Positions 18,177 through 27,677 of a DNA stretch of 34,065 nucleotides are shown in pieces. The translations under genes were made by a program, and so were the position numbers. The DNA comes from an uncultured Dehalococcoidales bacterium. GTDB taxonomy: Bacteria > Chloroflexota > Dehalococcoidia > Dehalococcoidales > UBA2162. The notes beneath the pieces are model-generated. The model did not search any database and was not told the DNA's origin. It saw only the letters and a program-made list of their open reading frames with translations. Position 1 is the first letter of the stretch, and each line of letters starts with the position of its first letter. The DNA is taken from the NCBI GenBank assembly GCA_964354005.1, contig CAYGYD010000004.1:1-34065 (forward strand), in the 5' to 3' direction.

Positions 18177-18225
18177 ACCAAGCTGAGTCACGCTTGTTCC
18201 ATATATTGCCTTACCTGGGAAACAA

Positions 18226-18405
18226 ATGAGAGTTAGTGAAGAAAAGTGTATCGGGTGTCTGGAGTGCGTGGCCGATTGCCCGGTGGGGGCCATCAAGGAG
18301 ATGTCCGGGGAACCCCGGGTCTTCATTAGCGAAGCAGATAGCGCTATTTCTTACCCTTCAGCCAGTCCTGCGCCTTGGCCAGAGCCATCTGGGCACCCCG
18401 GATGA
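18226..18405 (+). pseudogene. Truncated 4Fe-4S ferredoxin-domain gene remnant
   Basis: Manual translation gives MRVSEEKCIGCLECVADCPVGAIKEMSGEPRVFISEAD..., with one CxxCxxCxxxCP motif. The frame then runs into the antisense of the aldolase gene before any second cluster motif. Confidence 0.6.
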
Positions 18406-19111
18406 GGAAGGTGTCGGCGCTGTCCACCGTATTGAAGGTGAACCCTTTGTCTAAAGCCCAGGCGATATTATCGCTGCTGGCGTAAATACCAGCCGCCTTT
18501 CCGTAGCGTTTGGCCGCCGCCAGCACCCGGTCAAAGGCGGCCAGATAGCGAGGCTCGTCCCACTTTGGCGGCATGCCGAAGCCCAGACTGCAGGAGAGGT
18601 CGAAGGGGCCAACATAGCCGGCATCTATCCCGGGTACCGATAGTATCCCGTCCAGATTGTCCAGCGCCTGTTGAGTCTCAATCTGGACAGCGATGAGAAT
18701 CTCGTCATTAGCTGTTTTGTAATAGGCCGGGTCGAACAGTCCGGCTCGTCGTGGCCCAAAGCCTCTAATTCCCTCGGGCGGGTACTTACACGCCCGCACG
18801 GCGGTTTCGGCTTCCTGTTTAGAATTTACCCACGGAACTAGCACACCGAAAGCACCGATATCCAGAATGCGCTTGATGACTACCAGGTCGTTCCACTGGG
18901 GCCGGACGATTGGAATGCAGTTGGTGCCGTTCATAGCCTGCATCATGCGTTGGAGGGTCTCCAGCTCCAGCGGCCCGTGTTCCGCATCCAGCAATAGCCA
19001 GTCGAAGCCAAGTCGGGACAGCCACTCGGTAACATCGGGATGGCCCAGCGCCACGAAGGTGCCAGTAACCGCCTGGCCGGCTTTTATTTTCTCTTTAAGC
19101 TGATTCTTCAA
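18344..19111 (-). CDS. HpcH/HpaI aldolase family protein (2-dehydro-3-deoxy-sugar-acid aldolase-like)
   Basis: GFDWLLLDAEHG, IKRILDIGA, YPPEGIRG, QIET, VGPFDLS. Confidence 0.93.
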   Translation of the reverse strand: MKNQLKEKIKAGQAVTGTFVALGHPDVTEWLSRLGFDWLLLDAEHGPLELETLQRMMQAMNGTNCIPIVRPQWNDLVVIKRILDIGAFGVLVPWVNSKQEAETAVRACKYPPEGIRGFGPRRAGLFDPAYYKTANDEILIAVQIETQQALDNLDGILSVPGIDAGYVGPFDLSCSLGFGMPPKWDEPRYLAAFDRVLAAAKRYGKAAGIYASSDNIAWALDKGFTFNTVDSADTFLIRGAQMALAKAQDWLKGKK

Positions 19112-19129
19112 GGCTAGTCTTCTCCTTTC

Positions 19130-20281
19130 TTAGAAGGTTGGGCCCTGTTTCAGAATGTTGAAGGGTGCCGAGCGGTTCAGCTCGGCGCAGGTGAGCTCGC
19201 CGTTAGCCACGCGGAGGGCGAGGTCAAAGATTTCCTGCCCAACCTCATCAATAGTCTTGTCCTCGTCAATAATTTTGCCGGCATTGACATCCATATCGCC
19301 GGGCATGTTCTGGTAGGTGTGGGAATTGCTGGCTATCTTGATGACAGGAATTGCCGGGAACCCGGCAATTGAACCCCGGCCGGTGGTGAAGAGGATAAGC
19401 TGGGCCCCGCCGGCGGCTAGGCCGGCCATAGAATCAATATCGTACCCGGGAGTGTCCATGATGATTAGGCCACGCCTGATGGGGCGATAGGCATAGTCAA
19501 TCACTTCCTGTATCGGTGTGGTGCCGCCCTTCATGATACAGCCCAGCGACTTCTCGGTTATGGAGGAAAGCCCGCCCTCAATATTGCCCGGCGCAATGAC
19601 CATTCCAGCATGCTCCCCGAGAGTAGCCCGCACCACTCTTTCGCAGCCGTTCACCAGTCGCTCTACCTTCTTGGCGACTTCTGGTGTGGCCGAGCGCCGC
19701 TTGAGGATGTGGACGGTGCCAATCATCTCCGTTGTCTCAGCCAGCATTACCGTGCCGCCCTGGGCCACAAAGCGGTCGGCCGCCGAGCCCACCGCCGGGT
19801 TGGCCGTGATTCCGGAGAAAGCGTCCGACCCGCCGCACTCCAGGCCCACGATTAGCTCGCTGACCGGGGCCAGCTCGCGCTTCTGCATTCTTAAGTCTTT
19901 GAGGAACCTGGCGGCGATTTCAATACCCCGGCCGACTGTTGGGACAGTGCCACCGCTTTTCTGAATCACCAGGGCTTCCGCCGGTTTGTTCTGGGTTGCC
20001 TGAACGAGGAACCCAGAATTCAAAGATTCACAGCCCAGCCCGATGACCAGTACCGCACCAACATTGGGATTATTAATCAGTCCGCTCAGGGTGCGCAGGC
20101 TCACCTGGAAGTCCTCTGGGCCGTAGCCGCAGCCGTAGGCGTGGAGAACCGTGACCACATCGGGTAGTGCCCGGCCGATAGCCTCTACCACACCGTTGGC
20201 ACAGCAGACGGAGGACATTACCAGCACATGGTTGCGGATGCCAAATTGACCATCCTTGCGCCTGAATCCCATAAACTCCAT
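19130..20281 (-). CDS. UxaA/GarD/SuyB family dehydratase, large subunit
   Basis: GIRNH, HAYGC, GLGCE, LECGGSD, GNIEGGLSSITEKSLG, FTTGRG. Confidence 0.92.
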   Translation of the reverse strand: MEFMGFRRKDGQFGIRNHVLVMSSVCCANGVVEAIGRALPDVVTVLHAYGCGYGPEDFQVSLRTLSGLINNPNVGAVLVIGLGCESLNSGFLVQATQNKPAEALVIQKSGGTVPTVGRGIEIAARFLKDLRMQKRELAPVSELIVGLECGGSDAFSGITANPAVGSAADRFVAQGGTVMLAETTEMIGTVHILKRRSATPEVAKKVERLVNGCERVVRATLGEHAGMVIAPGNIEGGLSSITEKSLGCIMKGGTTPIQEVIDYAYRPIRRGLIIMDTPGYDIDSMAGLAAGGAQLILFTTGRGSIAGFPAIPVIKIASNSHTYQNMPGDMDVNAGKIIDEDKTIDEVGQEIFDLALRVANGELTCAELNRSAPFNILKQGPTF

Positions 20282-20302
20282 AGTTTTTCCCTCCGTGGGC
20301 GG

Positions 20303-20581
20303 TCATCCCTTGAGGTCACCCAGAATCGGCTGGGTATTGTGCACATGTACCCACTCGCCTTTCTTGATAGAGTGTGTCGCCTGGACGATTGGTTCGCCGT
20401 ACCGAAATATCTTCCGGCCTTTAGCCAGGGCCAACAGCGCAACCTTGTGGCCCAGTGGTATATCCTCGGCGGCGAGGAATAGCTTCCGACCACCCACGAC
20501 GACCGGGCTGCCTTTCTGGATGGGCTGTGTCGCGATGACAATATTGTCCTTTTCATTGATGCGGAGAGCGTTACTTTTCAT
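20303..20581 (-). CDS. UxaA/SuyA family small subunit (SAF domain)
   Basis: DNIVIA, IPLGHKVA, RYGEPI, GEWVHVHN. Confidence 0.9.
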   Translation of the reverse strand: MKSNALRINEKDNIVIATQPIQKGSPVVVGGRKLFLAAEDIPLGHKVALLALAKGRKIFRYGEPIVQATHSIKKGEWVHVHNTQPILGDLKG

Positions 20582-20617
20582 AATATTCCCCTCACAGTAA
20601 GTGTGGCTGGTCAGTTA

Positions 20618-21235
20618 CTACTGCCGGGCCAGTTCCACACCCCGAGTGAAAGCCACCATATTGGCTTTCACTTCCTTGGGGAAGGTCTCCTGTAATACCG
20701 GCTCAACAGATTTTGAATCCACTGGCAGGACACCAGCGCCAACCAGGGCCCCGATGAGAATGACATTGGCGAAGATGGGATTGCCCATCTTCTGGGCTTC
20801 CTCGGTGGCATTGACAACTACCGTGCGAGCGGATAGTTCCTGAATCGTGGTGATGAGCTTATCCAGGTCGGGGTATTGCGTGCCACCGGCAGTGACATTG
20901 ACGGGATATATTGGCCGGGGGTTGACTATTGTCGTGATGTCCGGATTGCCGAATTTCCCCAGCATACGCAGGGTCTCGACTGGCTCCATGCCGAGGATGA
21001 TATCGGCCTTGCCCTCCGGTATAAAGGGGCTGTATTGGGTATCCCGCGAGATTCTCAGGTGACTCATCACGGGCCCGCCCCGCTGTGACGCCCCGTAGGT
21101 CTCGCCAATCGTAACCAGGTAGCCTTCCCTGACCAGGACATTGCCCACGACCAACGATATCATGACATTGCCCTGCCCGCCCACGCCGGTAATAATCAGG
21201 TTGAGTGGGTCTTTCATCAATGTTTTCTGGCTCAT
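20618..21235 (-). CDS. iorB: Indolepyruvate:ferredoxin oxidoreductase beta subunit
   Basis: GVGGQG and GETYGASQRGGPVMSHLR. ATG 21235 overlaps the iorA stop (ATGA) and has a GGAGG RBS, so the track start at 21406 is too long. Confidence 0.9.
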   Translation of the reverse strand: MSQKTLMKDPLNLIITGVGGQGNVMISLVVGNVLVREGYLVTIGETYGASQRGGPVMSHLRISRDTQYSPFIPEGKADIILGMEPVETLRMLGKFGNPDITTIVNPRPIYPVNVTAGGTQYPDLDKLITTIQELSARTVVVNATEEAQKMGNPIFANVILIGALVGAGVLPVDSKSVEPVLQETFPKEVKANMVAFTRGVELARQ

Positions 21236-23166
21236 GTGGCCTCCTTCACGATGGCTCCCTGCGGGCAGATGTGGGCGCAGACACCACAGCCAGCGCAGAT
21301 TACCTCGTCTATCCTGGACTTGCCCGCCTTCCTGTCCCAGATTAGTCCGGGGCAGAGGAAGACCCGGGTACAGATACGATTGCAGCCGCAGGCTTCCCCA
21401 ATACATTTCTCCGGGTCAATGTGTACCCGGTAGGGCGGGCTGGCCTTTTTGCTTCTCACCAGCTCACACTCGCGGCGCATTATGGCTACCTTGGCGCCGC
21501 CGCCTTCCGCCATCATATCCAGAAGTGTTTTAGTGCTGTTTCCCAGGTCAAAGGGGTCGCAGACCTCAACCCTGGCCCCCAGCGAGCGGCAGAGGGCTTC
21601 CATGCTGACGACCGGTGTCGGCTCACCCATGGCCGTCATGCCAGTTCCCGGGTGGGGTTGGAAGCCGGTCATGGCGGTGGCATTATTGTCCAGAATGACC
21701 AGAATAAAGTTGGACTGATTATAGATACCGTTTATCAGTGCCGGTATGGCGGCGTGGTAGAAAGTAGAATCGCCCACGACGGCCAGGACTGGCTGATTGA
21801 AGCCAAACTGTCCCAGTTTGCCTAATCCGTTAGCCACTCCGACGCCCGCCCCCATGCAGTGCATCGTCCTCACCTGGAAGAAGCCGGCCGGCCCCAGCGC
21901 CATAGAGTAGCAGCCAATATCGCCGGTGACCACGCCACCGCGACCATCCAGCGCCAGGGCGTTCTTGATAGCCCAGAAGGTGGCGCGGTGTGGGCAGCCG
22001 GCGCAGAAGGTCATACTCCGCTCGGGGGCGCCCGCGCTGACGGCGGCGTCGGCCTTCCGGCCGTATTCCGTGTCGCGAGACTGGTATTCAATACCCAGGA
22101 TATTGGCTATGGCTTTAATCACCAGGTCCGGGGTGAGTTCGCCGTAGGCATTGAGGTGCTTGGAGCGCTTGCCGTACAGGGTGGGGCGTGTGGTGATTGG
22201 CAGGTTGGCAATCAGCTCCATCACATTCCATTCAATAAAGGGGTCAATCTCTTCGACAAAGAGGACTCGGTCGGCTTGGCTGAGATACCGGGTGATGAAT
22301 TTCTCCGGCAATGGCCAGAGTGTTCCCAGCTTCAAAATGCCAACCCTGTTTTCCAGTTTCAGTGCTTTGACTGCATCCTGAGCATAGAGCCAGGAGCTAC
22401 CCGCGGTAATAATCAGTAAATCGGGCTTTTCCGGGCCAAGGTACTGGTTAAAGGGTGAGGTGTCAAATTTCTCTTGCAGTCGTTCCAGCTTCATGTGGAG
22501 GAAGGCGTGCCGCATCGGACTCGGTGCCGGCATATACCGGGAGAATGTTGGGTTTTTGGTATCGTACGGCTGGTCGAAGTATGCCTTGAAAGCTTTTCCG
22601 GGTAATTCTCCGAGCTTCACATTACCGCGGGCGTGGGCAATACGGGTCACGCTTCTTAAAATGCAAATCGTGTTCTGTTCCTCGGCTAGGTCAAAGAGCC
22701 ATCTGGTCATGTCCTTGGCTTCCTGAAAACTGCCTGGCTCGACCAGCGGAATATCCAGCCATTTGGCGATGTGTCGGGTGTCCTGCTCATTGGAGCTGGA
22801 AATGGCCGATGGGTCGTCGCAGGCAACCAGCACCAGTCCACCCTGGCCGATGCCGCTCATCACCAGATTGGCCAGGAAGTCGGAGACAACATTGATGCCG
22901 TTCTGCTTCATGGCGGCTAGGGCGCGAATTCCGGCGAAGGAAGCTCCGGCGGCCGCCTCTATAGCCACCTTCTCGTTGATGGACCACTCCACATAAATAC
23001 CCATCTTTTTGGCGATGGCGGCAAGGCTGCCGATTATTTCGGAAGACGGGGTGCCCGGGTAGGCGGTGGCAAAGCCAATCCCGGCTTCCAGGGCGCCGCG
23101 GGCAATTGCCTCGTTGCCAATGAAAAGCTGGCTGGTGCCGGGAGTGTCAATTTCAATGCTGGCCAT
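21232..23166 (-). CDS. iorA: Indolepyruvate:ferredoxin oxidoreductase alpha subunit
   Basis: GNEAIARGA, YPGTPSSE, NEKVA, FCAGCPHR, GDIGCY and a GDSTF..N TPP motif; C-terminal ferredoxin domain. Confidence 0.95.
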   Translation of the reverse strand: MASIEIDTPGTSQLFIGNEAIARGALEAGIGFATAYPGTPSSEIIGSLAAIAKKMGIYVEWSINEKVAIEAAAGASFAGIRALAAMKQNGINVVSDFLANLVMSGIGQGGLVLVACDDPSAISSSNEQDTRHIAKWLDIPLVEPGSFQEAKDMTRWLFDLAEEQNTICILRSVTRIAHARGNVKLGELPGKAFKAYFDQPYDTKNPTFSRYMPAPSPMRHAFLHMKLERLQEKFDTSPFNQYLGPEKPDLLIITAGSSWLYAQDAVKALKLENRVGILKLGTLWPLPEKFITRYLSQADRVLFVEEIDPFIEWNVMELIANLPITTRPTLYGKRSKHLNAYGELTPDLVIKAIANILGIEYQSRDTEYGRKADAAVSAGAPERSMTFCAGCPHRATFWAIKNALALDGRGGVVTGDIGCYSMALGPAGFFQVRTMHCMGAGVGVANGLGKLGQFGFNQPVLAVVGDSTFYHAAIPALINGIYNQSNFILVILDNNATAMTGFQPHPGTGMTAMGEPTPVVSMEALCRSLGARVEVCDPFDLGNSTKTLLDMMAEGGGAKVAIMRRECELVRSKKASPPYRVHIDPEKCIGEACGCNRICTRVFLCPGLIWDRKAGKSRIDEVICAGCGVCAHICPQGAIVKEAT

Positions 23167-23190
23167 GATTCCCTCCTGACTGGCGAAGAG

Positions 23191-24303
23191 CTAGGCAAGT
23201 AGTCTGCCGGCTACGCCCGGTGACAGACCAAGGTAAAGCAGGTTGTTCTTATCGCCAGTCCGGTCAACAATCTGCTTTAAGGCCCGCTTCTTCTTATTCA
23301 GCGCCGCTTCCTTGAGGTGAGCCAGACTCTGCGGCGGCAGGCTGTCAGTCTCCAGCTTCCCTTTAGTCCTGGCCATCTCAATCAGCTTGGCCCCAACCTC
23401 GGTACGGATGATGACAGTGTTCCAGCCTTCAATCCCTTCGGCCGAACCAACTGAGATATCGGCGAACTCGGCCGTCATGTCCAGGCAGTAGGCACAGGTG
23501 GGCATGGTGAATCTTCTGATTTCATCCAGCGGGAATGAGGTTATGCCCGATGGCAGGTAGGCATCAAACCGGTTGGCGGGCGGGGGTGGAATGTCAAACT
23601 TGGTGGCTTTGGGCAGGTCAATCTTTTCTTTGAGGAACTTATGAAAACCGTCAGCGGAAAGCGCCCAGGTGCAGAAAAGGCCAATCGTCAACTGAACATT
23701 ATTGATGTCAAAGCGATTCTGCGGTGGCTGGGCCTTCATCTTGCTCAGCGCCAGAATCTGACAGGGCATGGCCACTATGCCCAGCTTTTCGTTGTTCTCT
23801 TTGGGTATGCGGTTATAGCTCTCCAGCACCGGGCAGGCCATGTAGCTGGAGCCAGCGCTGGTAAGCACTTCTTTTGATGAACGAGCCAGGAAGCTGGTGG
23901 GGGTCTTGTCTGGCGACATTCTGGTCTGAACGGTGCCCTCAATAAATCCCTCAGCCAGTGCCAGCGACAGAAGTGTGGTTACTGTGCCGCCATATTGCGC
24001 TCGCCTCCTGATGCGGGAGCTGGCCGACCGGGCCATCAATACCTGTCGGGCAGTGCCGATTTCATCTCCGGAGTAAGGCAGACCAAGAATTCGCTGGCTG
24101 ATGGCGTCCATATCGGTGTAAGTGCGGGGGCAGTACTGGTAGCACTGGCCATCGGTCAGCGTACAGTTGTCCAGCAGCACTATCCGACCTTGATGAGCTG
24201 CTAAGTAGGGGCAACTGCCGGCGCAGGCGCCGCAATAGGCGCATAATCCCTTGTCAATCACTTCACTGAAAAGTTCTTTAGAACCCTTAACCTGGGTATT
24301 CAT
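23191..24303 (-). CDS. FrhB/FdhB family protein (F420 hydrogenase/dehydrogenase beta subunit-like)
   Basis: N-terminal CAYCGACAGSCP ferredoxin; QYGGTVT, MPCQ, IGLFC, CAYCLD, ADISVG. Confidence 0.9.
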   Translation of the reverse strand: MNTQVKGSKELFSEVIDKGLCAYCGACAGSCPYLAAHQGRIVLLDNCTLTDGQCYQYCPRTYTDMDAISQRILGLPYSGDEIGTARQVLMARSASSRIRRRAQYGGTVTTLLSLALAEGFIEGTVQTRMSPDKTPTSFLARSSKEVLTSAGSSYMACPVLESYNRIPKENNEKLGIVAMPCQILALSKMKAQPPQNRFDINNVQLTIGLFCTWALSADGFHKFLKEKIDLPKATKFDIPPPPANRFDAYLPSGITSFPLDEIRRFTMPTCAYCLDMTAEFADISVGSAEGIEGWNTVIIRTEVGAKLIEMARTKGKLETDSLPPQSLAHLKEAALNKKKRALKQIVDRTGDKNNLLYLGLSPGVAGRLLA

Positions 24304-24382
24304 TCTCCTCCTTTCGGAGTTTGATGGGCGTCTTTCAGTTCATATTAGCATCAATATTTTGTTGGTTGCAAATCTAAAAATA

Positions 24383-24641
24383 GAGGCTGTCCAGCAACCC
24401 TATCCCCTTAATCCCCTTCCCCTTGTCAAGGGAAGGGGGAAGAAATTTGAAAGAGGGGCTAGCGCCCCTCTTCAACGCCCTGTTATTTAGCCTTGAAGAG
24501 AGGCTGTCGTCTCTCTAAAACTCATTCCCCCTCTCCAACCGCCACATGGGTGTCTAAGAGGGCATCGCCCTCTTTTTCCTTTCCCTCCCCCTCTCCTTTC
24601 AGGAGAGGGGGATAAGGGGGGTGAGGTTAATAAACAGTCTC
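24383..24641. repeat. MITE/BIME-like palindromic intergenic element, copy 3
   Basis: Imperfect inverted ends (GAGGCTGT...ACAGTCTC), two opposed hairpin units, and a flanking direct repeat AAAATA at 24377-24382 and 24642-24647. Confidence 0.75.
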
Positions 24642-24735
24642 AAAATAGAGGAGATTGGCGTAGAAAGGGGGCTTGGTTTATAATGTTGGACTAGGGGCTA
24701 ATCCCAGCCACATCTCTTGTCCCGGGGGGGGAGAA

Positions 24736-25482
24736 ATGAGCGTAGCCAGCCGAGAGGTCATTGAGCGATTTACGGCGGAAGCGAGCATGGCCGGAGCGAC
24801 TGTGTATGAAGCCAAGAGCACCGATGAGGCCAATGACTATATCTTGAAACTGGCGCAAGAGCACCAGGCCAGGCGGGTCGTCAAGTCAAAGTCGGCGCTG
24901 GCGAAAGAGATTGGATTGAGAGATTGCCTAGCCAAGGCTGGGCTTGAGGTAACTGAAACTGACCTCGGCGACTGGCTCGTCCAGCTGGCTGGGGATAAGG
25001 CTCCGAATTCTGCTGGGACAGCCAATGGGAAGACACTTAAGCAAATAGCGGCGCTGGTCTCAAAGGCAGCCGGTGAGGAAGTTGAGGCTGAGCCGCCAGC
25101 CATACTTCAGGCCGCCCGCCGTGTTTTAAGACAGTCGTACATTGTGGCCGATATGGGTATCTCTGAAGCGGATTTAGCTATCGCTGAGACTGGAACTACG
25201 GTTATGCTGTGTAATGAAGGCAATTCTCGTCTGGTGTCCGTTTTGCCGCTAATCCACGTGATGCTCCTTAATAGTGAGGGCATAGTCCCAACCCTGAATG
25301 CGGCGGTGGCTCGCCTTAAGTCACTGGCCCGAGATAAGTCAGATGGCAGATGGCCCAGCTATGTCACCTATCTCACCGGGCGGAATACCACCGGCGATAT
25401 ACCCGGGGCTTTAATGGCGCGGGCCCAGGGGCCGGCCGAAGAACACATTGTCCTGGTGAACAAGACGGGAGGTACCCGATGA
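24736..25482 (+). CDS. LUD-domain protein (LutB/LutC-like)
   Basis: VKSKS, ETDLGDWLVQLAG, AIAETGT, NEGN, TYLTG, GPAEEHIVL. ATG 24736 follows a G-rich RBS. Confidence 0.85.
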   Translation: MSVASREVIERFTAEASMAGATVYEAKSTDEANDYILKLAQEHQARRVVKSKSALAKEIGLRDCLAKAGLEVTETDLGDWLVQLAGDKAPNSAGTANGKTLKQIAALVSKAAGEEVEAEPPAILQAARRVLRQSYIVADMGISEADLAIAETGTTVMLCNEGNSRLVSVLPLIHVMLLNSEGIVPTLNAAVARLKSLARDKSDGRWPSYVTYLTGRNTTGDIPGALMARAQGPAEEHIVLVNKTGGTR

Positions 25483-27647
25483 GCCGGACTATGAGGAGGC
25501 GTCTGCATCAGGCATTGACCGACCAGAATCTGCAGACCGCGCTGCAAAGGCGGCGCTTGCTGGCTCGCCCCTTTCGGCACCTGGCAGCCGCGGCGGCACC
25601 TGATTTTGAGCCGTTGAGTCGGGAGATTCATCGTGTCAAAGAAGAAGCCATTGCCAGTCTTCCCCAGCTTATCGAGCAATTTAAGGCCGAGGCCATTAAG
25701 TCTGGCGCCCACATTTTTGAAGCCAAAGATGCCAGGTCGGCCAACGACTATGTGCTGAACCTGGCGCAACAGCATAATGTGAAGCATATCGTTAAGTCCA
25801 AGTCCATGATGACGGAAGAAATTGAGTTAAGGGAGCACCTGGAAAAGCAGGGTATTGAAGTGAAGGAGACGGATATCGGCGAATGGATTGTCCAGCTCGC
25901 TGGGGAAAGACCAGCCCATATCGTTGGTCCCGCCATGCACAAGACCGTTGAGCAAATCGCCGAGCTTTTCTCCAAGGCCACCGGCCAGAAATTGGAGCCT
26001 GACCCGCAGGTGCTGCTCAATGCTTCTCGCCGTGCCCTGCGACAGTCCTACATCGAGGCCGATATGGGCATTTCGGGGGCTAACATGGCTATCGCCGAGA
26101 CCGGTACCGTAACCATTGTCACTAATGAGGGTAACGGTTGCATGAGCACCACCTTGCCTCCGCTGCATGTGGCGGTGGTGGGCTACGAGAAAATTATTTC
26201 TAGCTGGGAAGATGTCATGGCCATACTCCGCTTGCTCAGCCGTAGCACCATGGGTTTGAAGATGCCGGTTTATATCTCTTACATTACCGGCCCCAGCCGA
26301 ACTAGTGCTATCCCTGGCGTGGCGCAGCTTGGCGGGCAGGGCCCGGCTGAGATCCATATTGTTCTGGTGGACAATGGTCGTACGGCGATGAGGGAATCGG
26401 CCGATTTCAGAGAGGCACTGTATTGTTTGAGATGCGGTGCCTGTCTTAATACCTGCCCGGTTTTTGGTGCGGTAGCGGGGCAGACTTATGGCTATATCTA
26501 TCAGGGTGGCATTGGCACCATCCTGACTGCCTTCCTGCACGGTATGGAGAAGGCAGAAGACCTGGCCAGTCTGTGCCTGGGTTGCCTGGCCTGCCGGCAG
26601 GTATGCCCGGCTCGCATTGACATACCGCGTATGATAAAGCGGCTGAAAGCTGAATTCGTCGACAAAAAAGGCCTCTCCCTGGGCAGTCGGGTGGCTTATG
26701 GCAATATCCTGAAGCATCCGGGACGACTTGACCGGGCGGTCAAACTTGGTTCTTACTTACAGCGGCCATTCGTTGATAAAGACTCGATGATACGGAAGCT
26801 ACCTTATCCCTTGAATTCCCTAACCGAGACTATTAGCTTACCAGCCTTGCCGGCTAACTCGCTGAAAACCAGATTGAAGGACTACTCCCTACCCACCTCT
26901 GGAACCAAGCCCAGGGTGGCGTTTTACGCCGGTTGTGTTGCCGAATATGCTTATCCCGACCTGGGTGAGGATGTGATGAAGGTTCTGCGTGAATACGGTG
27001 CTGAGCCGTATTACCCGGCGGGACAGGCCTGCTGTGGTGCTCCCGCTTTGTATGCCGGCGATGTCAAGACGGCAATCAGCCTGGCCAAGACAAACATTAC
27101 CGCGCTGGAAGAAAGCGAGCCCGACTATGTCGTTACCGTTTGCCCCGGCTGTGCCGTGTTGCTGGAAAAGGAATATCCGGAGCTCTTGGCCAATAAGCTG
27201 GGTTGGAGCGAGCGGGCTAACCGACTGGCCAGTAAAGTGCGTGATTTCTCGCAGTTGATTCTGGAGCTGACTCCTTCCGGCGAGAAGAAGCCTCCACTGA
27301 ATAGGAAGGTCACTTACCATGACCCGTGTCATCTAAAACGGGGGCTGGGTGTTCAGGGCGAGCCCAGACAGCTGCTGGCCCGGGAGGGTTTTGAACTGGT
27401 GGAGATGTTTGACGCTGATGTCTGTTGTGGCTTTGGCGGGCAGGTAGTGCTCGATTATCCGGAGCTGTCCAAATCAATTCTGAAACGCAAACTGGATGAG
27501 ATTGAGGCCACCGGTGTTGACACCGTGGTAACGAATTGCGTTCCGTGCGTCCTGCAGTTGCGGGGTGGCTTGGACAAGCGCCAGAGCAAAATCAAGGTGG
27601 TGCACAGCGCCGAGCTTCTGGCGGAGCAGGCCAAATCAGTTGGCTAA
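25479..27647 (+). CDS. LutB-type LUD + 4Fe-4S + CCG-domain fusion (lactate utilisation / heterodisulfide reductase-related)
   Basis: LUD motifs, CLRCGACLNTCP, CLGCLACRQVCP, two CCG motifs and YHDPCH. ATG 25479 overlaps the upstream stop (ATGA). Confidence 0.9.
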   Translation: MSRTMRRRLHQALTDQNLQTALQRRRLLARPFRHLAAAAAPDFEPLSREIHRVKEEAIASLPQLIEQFKAEAIKSGAHIFEAKDARSANDYVLNLAQQHNVKHIVKSKSMMTEEIELREHLEKQGIEVKETDIGEWIVQLAGERPAHIVGPAMHKTVEQIAELFSKATGQKLEPDPQVLLNASRRALRQSYIEADMGISGANMAIAETGTVTIVTNEGNGCMSTTLPPLHVAVVGYEKIISSWEDVMAILRLLSRSTMGLKMPVYISYITGPSRTSAIPGVAQLGGQGPAEIHIVLVDNGRTAMRESADFREALYCLRCGACLNTCPVFGAVAGQTYGYIYQGGIGTILTAFLHGMEKAEDLASLCLGCLACRQVCPARIDIPRMIKRLKAEFVDKKGLSLGSRVAYGNILKHPGRLDRAVKLGSYLQRPFVDKDSMIRKLPYPLNSLTETISLPALPANSLKTRLKDYSLPTSGTKPRVAFYAGCVAEYAYPDLGEDVMKVLREYGAEPYYPAGQACCGAPALYAGDVKTAISLAKTNITALEESEPDYVVTVCPGCAVLLEKEYPELLANKLGWSERANRLASKVRDFSQLILELTPSGEKKPPLNRKVTYHDPCHLKRGLGVQGEPRQLLAREGFELVEMFDADVCCGFGGQVVLDYPELSKSILKRKLDEIEATGVDTVVTNCVPCVLQLRGGLDKRQSKIKVVHSAELLAEQAKSVG

Positions 27648-27677
27648 ACCAATACGTTCTACGAAAGGAGGCCGGCC

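Noticed and set aside
21236-21406. N-terminal extension of iorB in the ORF track
   Set aside because: Overlaps the iorA ferredoxin domain. ATG 21235, with RBS and ATGA coupling, is the better start.
25827-26717. 296-aa minus-strand ORF
   Set aside because: Antisense to the LUD/CCG gene, which has multiple conserved Fe-S motifs.
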